DNA from: Candidatus Hydrogenedentota bacterium
GTDB taxonomy: Bacteria > Hydrogenedentota > Hydrogenedentia > Hydrogenedentales > SLHB01
Reading direction: 5' to 3'
Length of the DNA stretch: 31,218 nucleotides
Assembly (NCBI GenBank): GCA_034408725.1
Contig: JAWXCN010000183.1
Location: forward strand, 1-31,218
The translations under genes were made by a program, and so were the position numbers. The notes under the pieces are model-generated. The model made no database searches. It saw only the letters and a program-made list of their open reading frames with translations, and was not told where the DNA came from. This document shows positions 17,901 through 29,401 of the stretch, in pieces. Every line of letters begins with the position of its first letter. The first letter of the stretch is position 1.

Positions 17901-18816
17901 CCCAATGCGCTTCTCCGGACGGCACGTCGCCGTTCACGGCAAAAGGGTGGCTGTGAAAAACAGTCACGTTTTCGCAATGCCGCATGTGATAGGCGACGTC
18001 GGAGTCGTTTGTGTGCAAGCGTAACGGGGTAGCGAGCGCGTGGGCAACGCCGGTCGCGCTTGCACAGGTGAGAATAGTTGCGCCTGCGCGTTGTTCCAGC
18101 GCATTCGTGTTGCCGCCGAACTCGCTGTGCCGCGGTCCCTCCTCCGGTCGCGCATAGCCGTCCCAGCCGATAAGGTTTGGGACCGCGCCGAGAACCGTGG
18201 CATCGACCGCGCCAGCCGAATTGTTGCGAATACGAAAGCGGAAGATGATCGCAGGGAGGCCCGAGTCTTTAGAATTTAGCGGAATGAACGGCGAGAACGC
18301 TTCGAGTTGGACCTGCACCGGGAGTGCGTCATCAGCGTAGCGTATCCATGCGAAGGGGTATTCGCCGGAGAATTCGATTGATTGAACGGCGGGAGCATCG
18401 CCTCGTGGTTGGAGTTGGAGCAGGCGCGCAACAGGACTTCCGTCCACGGGCTTCGCTCGGATTGCGAAGAACGAATCCGGCGCCATTGCGTTGCTGTTGA
18501 AGTTATTGAAATTTTGCCAGGGGTTCAGCGTGCCGTCGCCGCGCAGATACACCTGGCCAGCGCCGATACCGCCCAGCGGCATCGCAATGTGTTTGAGTTC
18601 TGCGCCGCGATACACCCGTGTCTGGCCGCGTTCCAAAAGTGATGCGTTCCAGGTATCGAGATCGATGGCCGCCGCGGCCGCGGTTTGCGCTTCGAGCAAA
18701 CCGGCAACGCTGAATCCGGCAGCCGCGGTTTTGATAAAGTCTCGACGGTCCAATTCATCGGCGCTGTTTTCGCAGCACGATTTCCCGCCGCAACACGAAA
18801 ATTCTGATGCCGGCAT
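14986..18816 (-). CDS. Glycoside hydrolase family 116 (non-lysosomal glucosylceramidase-like), Tat-exported, with inserted domains
   Basis: RBS ggag, ATG 18816; DRRDFIK Tat motif; MPLGGIGAGQV, GEYPFA, AFSPFIPLN, GGFEG..CCPMNCTHVYNY, QPNTYD, CFSDQLLGQWWA, EVWTGIEY, RNPWSEIECGGHYARAMSS. Confidence 0.9.
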   Translation of the reverse strand: MPASEFSCCGGKSCCENSADELDRRDFIKTAAAGFSVAGLLEAQTAAAAAIDLDTWNASLLERGQTRVYRGAELKHIAMPLGGIGAGQVYLRGDGTLNPWQNFNNFNSNAMAPDSFFAIRAKPVDGSPVARLLQLQPRGDAPAVQSIEFSGEYPFAWIRYADDALPVQVQLEAFSPFIPLNSKDSGLPAIIFRFRIRNNSAGAVDATVLGAVPNLIGWDGYARPEEGPRHSEFGGNTNALEQRAGATILTCASATGVAHALATPLRLHTNDSDVAYHMRHCENVTVFHSHPFAVNGDVPSGEAHWATDELGRLSGDELAMLLRKTHAGANTIFTCDAFSLIHDALNKPSKQEPMHVFEDFESGTYGNWQIEGDAFGDTPATGTYHGQQKVSGWKGTHYLNSWAKGDGPTGAMKSRAFTIEHRFIHFLVGGGNHVNETCVNLVIDGAVIATERGQNTEQLRPVRWDVSAHHGKTATIEIVDSNTGGWGHILADNFQFSNSPRAALADPALEESLREALPFRARSTHAYSADEQPLSEEDDFFAAVNIHIALKPAWTARGFKLKAGANVLLQTNKGVPLVIAGKYGEGRIIVCNGPLDRIATGNDRKAIIGALIAAATGIAYTPQTGLAPSSPLAGSMALGLLPERGISAKACAQSANFNDLWSQFTQDALTAGHSAPSAQGSSWVGALSGSVTLAPNEERTLSFVLSWHLPNRTRDDTYGWGPPHYQYDHRLGNQYSTWFNNAAEVIAYIAENEKRLLEETQRFHTTFHNSTLPQYCLDAVSANASIIRSPIYIWLEDGTIGGFEGSDRCCPMNCTHVYNYAMSAAYLFPALERNVRETDLLVQMHPTEHYIPHRTVLPLSLPRLGKQIGGPEHPALDGELGTILKTYREWCMHGDRAWLEKMWDRAHALMLYIMREHDIDGDGVIKGEQPNTYDTHLFGSNTFIGTLYLAALRAAEEMAKLMGDTESAKTFRDRFELGREGYDKTCWNGEYYYNVFDAPNADAITYNNNNCFGPGCFSDQLLGQWWAHILGLGYVLPEARVKAALQAIYQYNWRADLTDHHHTQRVFARGNEKGLLVGSWPKGGRPERPILYCDEVWTGIEYHVAATMFYEGMIKEGMQIVRGARERYTGNQRNPWSEIECGGHYARAMSSYSLLHAAAGFVYDAGAASLTIAPRVTPENLKSFFTSAQGWGSLSQHRDARAQRNALDIRYGTLTLREILVATPRDLGKPARVTVDVAHKKVRVSAKYANGQCAINFPTPIDVTDRKYLQIEIRWS

Positions 18817-18862
18817 GACTGCATCTCCTATTACCGCAAAAGGACACACACAGCACGAAAAG

Positions 18863-19795
18863 TTACGCGGAGACGCCTCGTTTACTGTTTGCGGCGTTGT
18901 CGCAAAGGCCAAGGCCCGCGTAGATTTGTTTCGTGGCGTCTGATTTATTGAGGGTATAGAAGTGGACGCCGCGCGCGCCGTGATCGAGCAGGTCGCGGCA
19001 CTGTTCGGTTGCCCATTCGACGCCGGCGCGTTTTACGGATTCGGCGTCATCTCCGCAGAGGTTAACTGCGCGCAAGAGCTTTGCTGGAAAACGCGCGCCC
19101 GCGGCGAGTTCCGCCATGCGTTTCAATCCGCTTGCTGATGTTACCGGCATGATGCCGGCTATGATGGGAACGTGAATCCCCGCGAGTTCGCAGCGTTCGC
19201 GGAAATCAAAAAAGTCGCGGTTGTCGAAGAAGAGTTGGGTAACGATGTAGTCGGCGCCGGCATCGACCTTGGATTTGAGGTGGTCCATTTCGAGCAGTCG
19301 ATTGGGCGTAACGGGATGGCCTTCTGGAAAACCTGCCACGCCGATTCCGAATCCGCGCTTGTCGCCGTGAACGCCGGTATCATTAATTTTGCGGATGAAC
19401 TTGACCAAATCGGCCGCGTGCTTGAATGAGTCCTTGTCGCGGTCGTAGCGATCCATGCCGCGCGGGGGATCACCGCCAAGCGCGAGAATGTTGCTCACGC
19501 CCGCGCGCGCATACCGCTCGACAATTTCCCGGACGTCATCTTCGCAGTGGCACACGCAGGTGAGGTGCGGGATTGGGTCCAGTCCCGTTGTCTGGTGAAT
19601 GCGCATTACGAGGTCGTGCGTCAATTCGCGCGTGGAACCACCGGCGCCGTAGGTGACGGACACGAACGAGGGTTTCAGTTCCTCAAATTCGGAGATGTTC
19701 CGATACAGGTCGTCCGCACTTTCTTCCGTTTTAGGCGGAAAAAACTCGAACGACAGTGTGGTCGTGTTGCGGTCAAATATGTCTTGTATATGCAT
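18863..19795 (-). CDS. metF: Methylenetetrahydrofolate reductase
   Basis: SFEFFPPK, FVSVTYGAGGSTR, PHLTC, LALGGDPP, AGFPEGHP, KVDAGADYIVTQLFFDN, GVHFYTLN. Confidence 0.95.
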   Translation of the reverse strand: MHIQDIFDRNTTTLSFEFFPPKTEESADDLYRNISEFEELKPSFVSVTYGAGGSTRELTHDLVMRIHQTTGLDPIPHLTCVCHCEDDVREIVERYARAGVSNILALGGDPPRGMDRYDRDKDSFKHAADLVKFIRKINDTGVHGDKRGFGIGVAGFPEGHPVTPNRLLEMDHLKSKVDAGADYIVTQLFFDNRDFFDFRERCELAGIHVPIIAGIMPVTSASGLKRMAELAAGARFPAKLLRAVNLCGDDAESVKRAGVEWATEQCRDLLDHGARGVHFYTLNKSDATKQIYAGLGLCDNAANSKRGVSA

Positions 19796-19927
19796 GGGAC
19801 CTCGTAAGCGCAACACTAGATTATCGGGAATGGAAGAAAGATGCTATCAACCGCTGGTTGCGGGATTTCTTGAAGAAATCGCCTGTTGAACTTTAAGTAC
19901 GCGGGGAGATTTCTATCAAGGGTTGAA

Positions 19928-19943
19928 CGATTCCGAAGAATCG
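19928..19943 (-). terminator. Short hairpin with cUUCGg tetraloop downstream of the DUF2442 gene
   Basis: Minus strand cgattc-ttcg-gaatcg; only a weak U-tract follows. Confidence 0.35.
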
Positions 19944-19950
19944 GCATATT

Positions 19951-20235
19951 TCAGGCATGGATGTGAGCGCGCTTCGAGGACGGAAACAGGTCGGCAACCG
20001 CTTTGCCGCTAAAATCAAGGTATAGCGTATCTGGACATAAATCGATATCAGTGCCCCAAGTGACCTCTCCTGACGGAGCTATCCTCACATCCTCAAACGC
20101 CCCCGGTTCAAGCCATCGAGCGAACACTCCCTGTCCAGCGAGGTGCGACAAATCAACAATTCCGCTTACGCCGTCATCAAACGTCAAATCCAATCGATAA
20201 CGATCAAGCACGGTTGCTTTTATAATTCGCGGCAT
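19951..20235 (-). CDS. DUF2442 domain protein (putative antitoxin-like)
   Basis: YRLDLTFDDGVSGIVDL, GVFARW, F..V.I, VTWGTDIDLCPDTLY. Confidence 0.8.
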   Translation of the reverse strand: MPRIIKATVLDRYRLDLTFDDGVSGIVDLSHLAGQGVFARWLEPGAFEDVRIAPSGEVTWGTDIDLCPDTLYLDFSGKAVADLFPSSKRAHIHA

Positions 20236-20330
20236 TATTGAGCTACCTGTAGCGAATAACTTCTTCTCTTGCCACTGTATCACCTCAAAATCGAGCGTTC
20301 AAAATACGATGGGTAAGGTTAGCAAATGTT

Positions 20331-20359
20331 TTGGACAACCGCAGGTTGTGGTTGTCCAA
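20331..20359. other. Perfect 10-bp stem-loop downstream of the TsaA-like gene
   Basis: ttggacaacc-gcaggttgt-ggttgtccaa; no U-tract on the minus strand. Confidence 0.5.
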
Positions 20360-20370
20360 CCATTAGCCGA

Positions 20371-20829
20371 TCACCAGTACTTGCTCATTATTTCGTCCGC
20401 CCATGCTGGCTGTCTGATTTCGCCTTGTGGAAGAAATTCTTTCAGAACAGGTTTGATATCCAGCACGGGTGTTTCGTCGATGGCGTCGAGGTGGTCAACA
20501 ACCAATACGCGACCTTCGCAGCGGACCAGGCGGACGATGGTGCAGCCGATGAAATTGGGGCGGCGGTACCGTCGCTGCGCGAATATGCCAACTTTGGGGA
20601 ACGCCGGGTTATTGCGCGGGTGTCGCGCGCCAAGGACCGGTTCGGTGCCAGCGACCTTATGGAAGTAGAACACAATTTCGAGATGGGAATGTGTGTCAAT
20701 GCCGTCGAGACTGTCTGTCGGCATATGTTCTTCGAGGTGAATTTCGGATTGGATTGTGCCCCAATCGTCGTCAACAGGTTCTTGCCGGGAATTGCGGATA
20801 ACTGCGACGGGTCTCATAATTATGTTCAC
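20371..20829 (-). CDS. TsaA/TrmO-like (UPF0066) SAM-binding methyltransferase-domain protein, short form
   Basis: LDGIDTHSHLEIVFYFH, HPRNN, VGIFAQR..RRPNFIG, LDAIDETPVLDIKP. Confidence 0.85.
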   Translation of the reverse strand: MNIIMRPVAVIRNSRQEPVDDDWGTIQSEIHLEEHMPTDSLDGIDTHSHLEIVFYFHKVAGTEPVLGARHPRNNPAFPKVGIFAQRRYRRPNFIGCTIVRLVRCEGRVLVVDHLDAIDETPVLDIKPVLKEFLPQGEIRQPAWADEIMSKYW

Positions 20830-20843
20830 GGATGAAGCCTTTA

Positions 20844-22739
20844 CTAATTGGTTTTAGTACGCGCCGCGCAAATGGCAGCGAGGTAATCTGGGCGTGATTC
20901 GTCACGAACGAGTTCGAGATATCGAGCGCCGTCTTTGTAGTCGAGCGTCACGGTGCGGTAGGCGTCGCCATCGAGCACGAGCAATTCTATGTTCTCATTC
21001 GTGAGGCTGTCCTTGATCGCGTCCTTGATGCGTTGTGTTGAAAACTTGCGGCCATTGACGCCGATGATGGACGTGCCGGGTCCAAGCTTCGCAGTGTCCA
21101 CCGGTGATCCAGGGATAACCGTCGAGCGGATTTTTCCGTCCTCGCCGATGTCCGCGCCCAACGCATCGAGCGTGGCAACATATTTGCGCTCGCCCTCGCG
21201 TTTCTTGATGAATTCCGGTGCTTCGTTCGCAAATTGCAGGCGATACCCGAGTTTGCCGACGACATCGAGCGGCATGGCCTCTTGCGTCGTGGCGACCCGC
21301 GCTCCGATAAAGCCTTTCCAGCCGAAGGGGTGTACCGCGTTGAGCCCGGCGCAGACATCGTCGAAAGTAAAGGGTGATACTGGCAATTTTGATTTATCCA
21401 CGACAAAAAACGCGCGGCAAAAATCATCCAGCGATTTTGCCCCGCTGGTCGCGTCGCGCAGCATCGCGTCTATTTCGAGCCAAAGGAGTTTTCCCTCGAC
21501 ATAATAATCCTGGCTCCGGCGCAGGCCAGACCAGTGCGCGCTGCGGTCGCGCAGTTGCCCCGATGCGACTGCCGTGTCCTCAAGCGTGCGCCATTGCCTG
21601 CCAGTCTGGCTTTTGAGAAAGCTTACGTCGTTGGCAAGCATTCGTTTGTAGTGGTCGAGTTCCCAAACCCCGGCGCGGACATTCAGAATTTCGCCGATGT
21701 ATTGGGCCAGGCCTTCGTATACCCACAACAATTCCGTCTGCTGTGGCGAGTGGAAATCACCGGTGATCATTTCGGCGGGCCGCCGGTATTTGCCGCACCA
21801 GGCGTGCACGAACTCGTGCGGCAACAGGTAGCCGACCCAGCCTTGGATCGGGTCGTCTTCGACGAGGTCTCGTTCTCCAACGCCGTTAAAACTCGAACGG
21901 CGATGTTCGAGCCCGTTCAATGGGAGGTCGTCGCTGCACGTGACCAGGAAATGATATGCGTCGTACGGGGCAGGGCCAAACAGATCACCGCCTTCCGCGA
22001 CGACTTTCGCGTATTTCGCGATGAGTTCCGGTTTGAGGTTGGTTGCGCTCGGCGATTCGGATACGAGATGGATGAACGCGGGCGCGAAATCCTGTTCGAG
22101 CGGAATGGTGCGGAGATGTTCACCGCAGATCAGGGGCGCGTCGATCACCTCGTCGAACCGGTCACTGGTGAACGTGATAACTCCGCCTTTTTCCGAATCC
22201 ATATTCAGCGAGGTCGCATATTTCCACCCATCCGGCAGGCGGACCGACACGGTCGCAATGACTTCGGCGGATTTCCATTCAATTGGATAGACGACACAGG
22301 TATTCCAGTTGATGACACCGATAAGCGCATTACCGAAACTGTCAATGCCCATGCTGTTGGCGTCGGGTTGGCTGCAAATGTAGTCGATCACCACGACGAT
22401 TTCCGTTGCGCCGTCCGGCGCGCTGCACAAAAATTCCCACATGGCGACATCGTCGCGCTTCCAAGGAATGGGTGTGCCATCCGGTAGTTCGATACGCAAG
22501 CCGCCGATGTTTTCTACAGGGCCGGATGCCGAATGGGTCCCGGGTAGCCACTTGGGATAAGCGAGGCGAAGTTCACCTGGCGAGACCGGAATCGTGATTC
22601 GGGCGTGCAGCAGTTTGCGCGGAAGGTCGCGCGCGTCAACGTCGATGGCGAGCGTGGACGCAATTGTGGTGGCCGCCGTGGCGTTCGCAAGGAACATCAA
22701 CAGCCCCAGCTTCATCAAGAATAGTTTCCGGGCAATCAT
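20844..22739 (-). CDS. M61 family metallopeptidase (glycyl aminopeptidase-like) with C-terminal PDZ
   Basis: RBS gggag; signal peptide; PKWLPGTH, GLEH, HEFVH (HExxH), LLWVYEGL, DYY.EG, PGSP...IIGVNGR. Confidence 0.9.
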   Translation of the reverse strand: MIARKLFLMKLGLLMFLANATAATTIASTLAIDVDARDLPRKLLHARITIPVSPGELRLAYPKWLPGTHSASGPVENIGGLRIELPDGTPIPWKRDDVAMWEFLCSAPDGATEIVVVIDYICSQPDANSMGIDSFGNALIGVINWNTCVVYPIEWKSAEVIATVSVRLPDGWKYATSLNMDSEKGGVITFTSDRFDEVIDAPLICGEHLRTIPLEQDFAPAFIHLVSESPSATNLKPELIAKYAKVVAEGGDLFGPAPYDAYHFLVTCSDDLPLNGLEHRRSSFNGVGERDLVEDDPIQGWVGYLLPHEFVHAWCGKYRRPAEMITGDFHSPQQTELLWVYEGLAQYIGEILNVRAGVWELDHYKRMLANDVSFLKSQTGRQWRTLEDTAVASGQLRDRSAHWSGLRRSQDYYVEGKLLWLEIDAMLRDATSGAKSLDDFCRAFFVVDKSKLPVSPFTFDDVCAGLNAVHPFGWKGFIGARVATTQEAMPLDVVGKLGYRLQFANEAPEFIKKREGERKYVATLDALGADIGEDGKIRSTVIPGSPVDTAKLGPGTSIIGVNGRKFSTQRIKDAIKDSLTNENIELLVLDGDAYRTVTLDYKDGARYLELVRDESRPDYLAAICAARTKTN

Positions 22740-22840
22740 GCGGTCCCTCTCCCAAAACGGTTTTTTCAATGCGGCAGCCTGGCGCATATAATGCCTTCAT
22801 CGCTGTCGCAATTGAAATTCAGGCCGAATTCAGGATCATC

Positions 22841-25813
<2,973 letters not shown>

Positions 25814-25885
25814 CGGGAGGGCGCGCGTCCCGCGCGCGCTAAAACCTGGACACACCAATAGCGCGCGTGGATGCGCGCCCTCCCG
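25814..25885. repeat. REP-like inverted pair (GGAGGGCGCGC type)
   Basis: cgggagggcgcgcgtcccgcgcgcgcta (25814-25841) vs tagcgcgcgtggatgcgcgccctcccg (25859-25885). Confidence 0.8.
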
Positions 25886-25918
25886 GAACGGAATTTGTGA
25901 CGAAAAGGGGACGAACAC

Positions 25919-27352
25919 ATGCAATGTTCATCGCGACGTGATTTTCTTCAAGTGGCTGCGCGCGCGGCTGCGGCGTTGGCCCTCCCCTCGGCGTTAGAAC
26001 TACCCGCGGCCAGCGCGGACGCGAAGAAGCGTCCGCCCAACGTCGTCTTCATTCTCGCGGACGATTTGGGATGGGGAGATTTGGGGTGTTACGGAAGCAA
26101 GGTTGCGAAGACGCCGAACCTCGATCGGCTCGCGTCTGAAGGCACACGATTTCTGAATTTCTATGTGAATTCGCCGGTGTGTTCGCCCACGCGCACGGGG
26201 TTCATGACCGGCCGGTTTCCTTCGTCGCTTCGTATTCATGCCCATTTCGCGACGCCGGAACAGAACGACAAACGCGGGTTGCCGCAGGCGCTTGATCCCA
26301 ATACCTCTACGCTGGCCGATTGCATGCGCAATGCGGATTACACCACCGGCCATTTCGGCAAATGGCATTTGGGCGACGTGGCGCCGACGGAGTACGGATT
26401 CGACGAGCGCCGGGTGTACAGCATGGGCGGAGAATCGGAATGGGAAGGTACGGAACTGTTCTGGCGGCGTTCGAGCGAATTGATCGCCGACGAAACGATA
26501 GCGTTCATCAAGGCGAATCGCGACAAGCCCTTTTATGTAAACATGTGGACGCACGCCACGCACGCGCCGCTCGATCCCTCGGACGAGCAGATGAAACCGT
26601 TCAGTGATTTCAGGACGAACCGGGTATCCGGAACTTTTACCACGCCGCATGCGGTATACCACGGCGCGTTATCAGAAATGGACCGCAATGTTGGGCGCGT
26701 GCTTGCGCAGTTGGATGAATCGGGATTGCGCGAAAACACCATCGTCGTTTTCTCAAGTGACAATGGCCCCGAGGACATCCACATATCAGAAACCGCTCAC
26801 AGCGGCGCGGGCAGTTCAGGTCCGTTCCGGGGAAGAAAACGCAGCCTCTACGAAGGCGGCGTGCGAACTCCGTTCATTGCACGCTGGCCGGGACACATAC
26901 CCGCTGGCGTGGTGGACGCGCAGACTGTGCTCAGCGGCGTTGATTTTTTGCAGAGCGTGACGGCGTTGTGCGGTGTGAATGTGCCAAAAGACCTGGCATT
27001 GGACGGCGAAGATATGTCCGCGGCGTGGAAGGGAACGCAGCGCGCGCGGACAAAACCGTTATTTTGGGAACGGCGCTTCACCGTCATTGGCGATACGATC
27101 CACATGTCGCCGATGATGGCCATGCGCGAGGGCAAGTGGAAGCTGTTGATGAATCCCGACCGGTCGCGCATCGAGTTGTACGATATCCCGGCCGATCCGA
27201 TGGAAGTAGACAACCTTGCGGATGCGAACCAAGGCATCGTGATAAAGATGTCGGAACACTTGCTCGCGTGGCATGCCGCGCTGCCGAAAAGTCCCATCGC
27301 CCCCAACGCGGGCGCGATCGCGTACCCGTGGCCGGAAGCCAGTGGCGGTTAA
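25919..27352 (+). CDS. Formylglycine-dependent (Cys-type) S1 sulfatase, Tat-exported
   Basis: SRRDFLQ Tat motif; PNVVFILADDLG, CSPTR (CxPxR), GKWHLG, SSDNGP, LYEGGVRTP, ELYD. Confidence 0.93.
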   Translation: MQCSSRRDFLQVAARAAAALALPSALELPAASADAKKRPPNVVFILADDLGWGDLGCYGSKVAKTPNLDRLASEGTRFLNFYVNSPVCSPTRTGFMTGRFPSSLRIHAHFATPEQNDKRGLPQALDPNTSTLADCMRNADYTTGHFGKWHLGDVAPTEYGFDERRVYSMGGESEWEGTELFWRRSSELIADETIAFIKANRDKPFYVNMWTHATHAPLDPSDEQMKPFSDFRTNRVSGTFTTPHAVYHGALSEMDRNVGRVLAQLDESGLRENTIVVFSSDNGPEDIHISETAHSGAGSSGPFRGRKRSLYEGGVRTPFIARWPGHIPAGVVDAQTVLSGVDFLQSVTALCGVNVPKDLALDGEDMSAAWKGTQRARTKPLFWERRFTVIGDTIHMSPMMAMREGKWKLLMNPDRSRIELYDIPADPMEVDNLADANQGIVIKMSEHLLAWHAALPKSPIAPNAGAIAYPWPEASGG

Positions 27353-27365
27353 TGAGGAGCAGTCA

Positions 27366-27923
27366 CTACTGCTTTGCTTCGTTCAAAAGGCGTTTCAAAT
27401 CAGTTCCAAGATCGAGTACGCGCGCCAACTTTTCGAGTAGATCGAAACGCAAATCGCGCCGCTGCACGATCCCCACCGCATCCGTCCACGATTTGCTGCT
27501 TCCCATGCCCGCCCACAACAACTTTGAAATGACGCTGTCTTCCGCGCAAGCAATTGGTACGGAGACCCCGGGAAAAAGTTCCGTAATCATGGATCGGGTA
27601 AGTTCATCGGGTACGCGTTCGCCCGCATGAAAATCAACTTTATGAAGCGTTTCTTTATCCAAGGCTTGAAACATGCCATGCGATCTAAGCGAGTTTTTCG
27701 CAGACTCGATATCGATTTCAAAAGAATTTTCTAATGATGAGACAATCGAGGGAATTTGACGATGACCGCTCACCAGCACAACGACAAAATCAATGTCCAT
27801 CGTGAATCGGGGAATGCCGTGGTATGACGAGACGATTTCGCCGGTAACATGGAATGGTATTTCAAGAGCTGTGAGCGCGGCAGCTACCTTAACGATCGTC
27901 GTCCCGACGCTAACGTCAAGCAT
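27366..27923 (-). CDS. Pol-beta-superfamily nucleotidyltransferase-like protein
   Basis: IPFHVTGEIVSSYHGIPRFTMDIDFVV, KVDF, EDSVISKL.W, SSKSWTDA; ATG overlaps the upstream stop (ATGCTTGA). Confidence 0.7.
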   Translation of the reverse strand: MLDVSVGTTIVKVAAALTALEIPFHVTGEIVSSYHGIPRFTMDIDFVVVLVSGHRQIPSIVSSLENSFEIDIESAKNSLRSHGMFQALDKETLHKVDFHAGERVPDELTRSMITELFPGVSVPIACAEDSVISKLLWAGMGSSKSWTDAVGIVQRRDLRFDLLEKLARVLDLGTDLKRLLNEAKQ

Positions 27924-28155
27924 CGGCAGCTTCAACTCGATCGAGCAATTGAAGGGTAGCGGGATCGGAACTATAGATACGGCGCGCAACCGCAATTTCT
28001 AATGCACGGCCTTCGAGTCCGGGGGTTTCCCCTCGAAGCTGCGCGCGGTACATCTCCTTGACGGAATCAATCATGCCCTGGCATTGCCGCATGGCAAACA
28101 TTGGCCCGCGCTCTTCGAGCTTTTGAAGGTACAGCTTATCAATATAGGACATCAT
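27916..28155 (-). CDS. Small helical protein coupled to the nucleotidyltransferase (putative antitoxin/partner)
   Basis: 79 aa; aagg RBS; 8-bp overlap with the next gene; LR...PGL....LEIAVARRIY pattern. Confidence 0.6.
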   Translation of the reverse strand: MMSYIDKLYLQKLEERGPMFAMRQCQGMIDSVKEMYRAQLRGETPGLEGRALEIAVARRIYSSDPATLQLLDRVEAADA

Positions 28156-28264
28156 TTTTGGACCTTAATGCCTTTCCTGTCCAGTATAGAAAAATCCGTT
28201 GGAGAACTATAGAGACCGGACAGGCAAGCCGGTTATCAGCACGTGACTGCTTTGCGCGATCCGC

Positions 28265-29134
28265 TCATTTCCCCGGACTGGCCGTTGCAATTGGGACCCC
28301 GGCAATATCAATTTCGAGGATGTATTTCAAGATAAACGCGAGACCATCCTTATAAGCGCTGACCGATATCTTGTCGAGTGTGTCATCGTCGCTGTGGATA
28401 AGAGGGAAATCTTTTGGCTTGAGGGAGTCAAACGTAATCGTAGGAATTCCCTGCTTGGAAAACGGAATTGAATCTGAGATGACTCCTTCCGGCAGGTCGC
28501 GGCTTATCAGTTTTACGCCATTCAGTTTCGCGAGCTTTTCCGCCAGATCGATTAACCTTGGCGTCGAACCGTTTCTCCAGATGTGCAAATGCGACACTCC
28601 AAGGCATTCCAGATTGACCATCGCCTTGATGCGCGCAACAGCGTCCGGGGAAAGCGAGTTCACGTAGGACTTAGATCCCCAAAGTCCATCTTCTTCATAT
28701 GCGAAAGCGACAAATACGAACGTGAACTTCCGCACCGGTTGTTTACGGAGTTCTCGAAAAAGTCCGGCCATTGCGGCAACGCCAGACCAGTCATCCACAG
28801 CGCCTTCGCCTTTTCCGTTGTAGTGTTTGTCCAGATGCGCGCCGATAACGATGATGTCTTTTGTGCTGCCTTCGAGTTCTACAACTACGTTGGATACCGG
28901 TAATGTTGGTCCTGGAGTGCCATCGCGCCAAACCGGCTGCTCGGAGACCGCCGTTGCGCCGGACTGTTTGAAAAGCGCAGCTGCCTTGTTTTGCCGCCAC
29001 TTGTTTACTTTTTCCACCGGCAAGTTCCTGGGTTGCTGCTTGAGGACTTCCAAATCCCAAATTACAGGTGTTCTCGCCAATGCGCCGGTGATTAGGACAA
29101 GCGCGATTGGCAAAAGTCTAAGGTTTCGCAGCAT
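28265..29134 (-). CDS. M28 family zinc metallopeptidase, secreted
   Basis: Signal peptide; IGAHLD, GAVDDWSG, EEDGLWGS, NLECLG, SDSIPF, IHSDDDT. Confidence 0.88.
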   Translation of the reverse strand: MLRNLRLLPIALVLITGALARTPVIWDLEVLKQQPRNLPVEKVNKWRQNKAAALFKQSGATAVSEQPVWRDGTPGPTLPVSNVVVELEGSTKDIIVIGAHLDKHYNGKGEGAVDDWSGVAAMAGLFRELRKQPVRKFTFVFVAFAYEEDGLWGSKSYVNSLSPDAVARIKAMVNLECLGVSHLHIWRNGSTPRLIDLAEKLAKLNGVKLISRDLPEGVISDSIPFSKQGIPTITFDSLKPKDFPLIHSDDDTLDKISVSAYKDGLAFILKYILEIDIAGVPIATASPGK

Positions 29135-29401
29135 CGAAATTCCCCCCAAGTGATGGTGAAGGTGGGCCTGTCCGTTCCAATTTTCTAAAAGTATATTGGG
29201 GGCACGCGTTGCCCTGCGACTTTTCCTGCGATGTATTTTCAGACGGGTGATAGGGCGGCGCGTGGGTATTTAGAAGACAAATTCTAATATTAGTGAATTC
29301 CTTGGTCCGGTTCAGCTATACCCAAAAATATCAGTGAATACCCCGATGCTTTTGGCGTCACTCCTGTCATCAGGGTTTGCAAACCGTAGGAGATAGGCGC
29401 C

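Noticed and set aside
19796-19950. SAM riboswitch upstream of metF
   Set aside because: No SAM-I core motifs seen on the minus strand; only short hairpins.
21534-22487. Long antisense ORFs (also 919-1725, 13953-14849, 29571-30485)
   Set aside because: Shadow ORFs opposite well-supported genes, expected in GC-rich DNA.
22664-22840. N-terminal extension of the DUF1553 ORF overlapping the M61 gene
   Set aside because: Signal-peptide-bearing starts at 22841 and 22739 remove the overlap and leave a 101-bp divergent gap.
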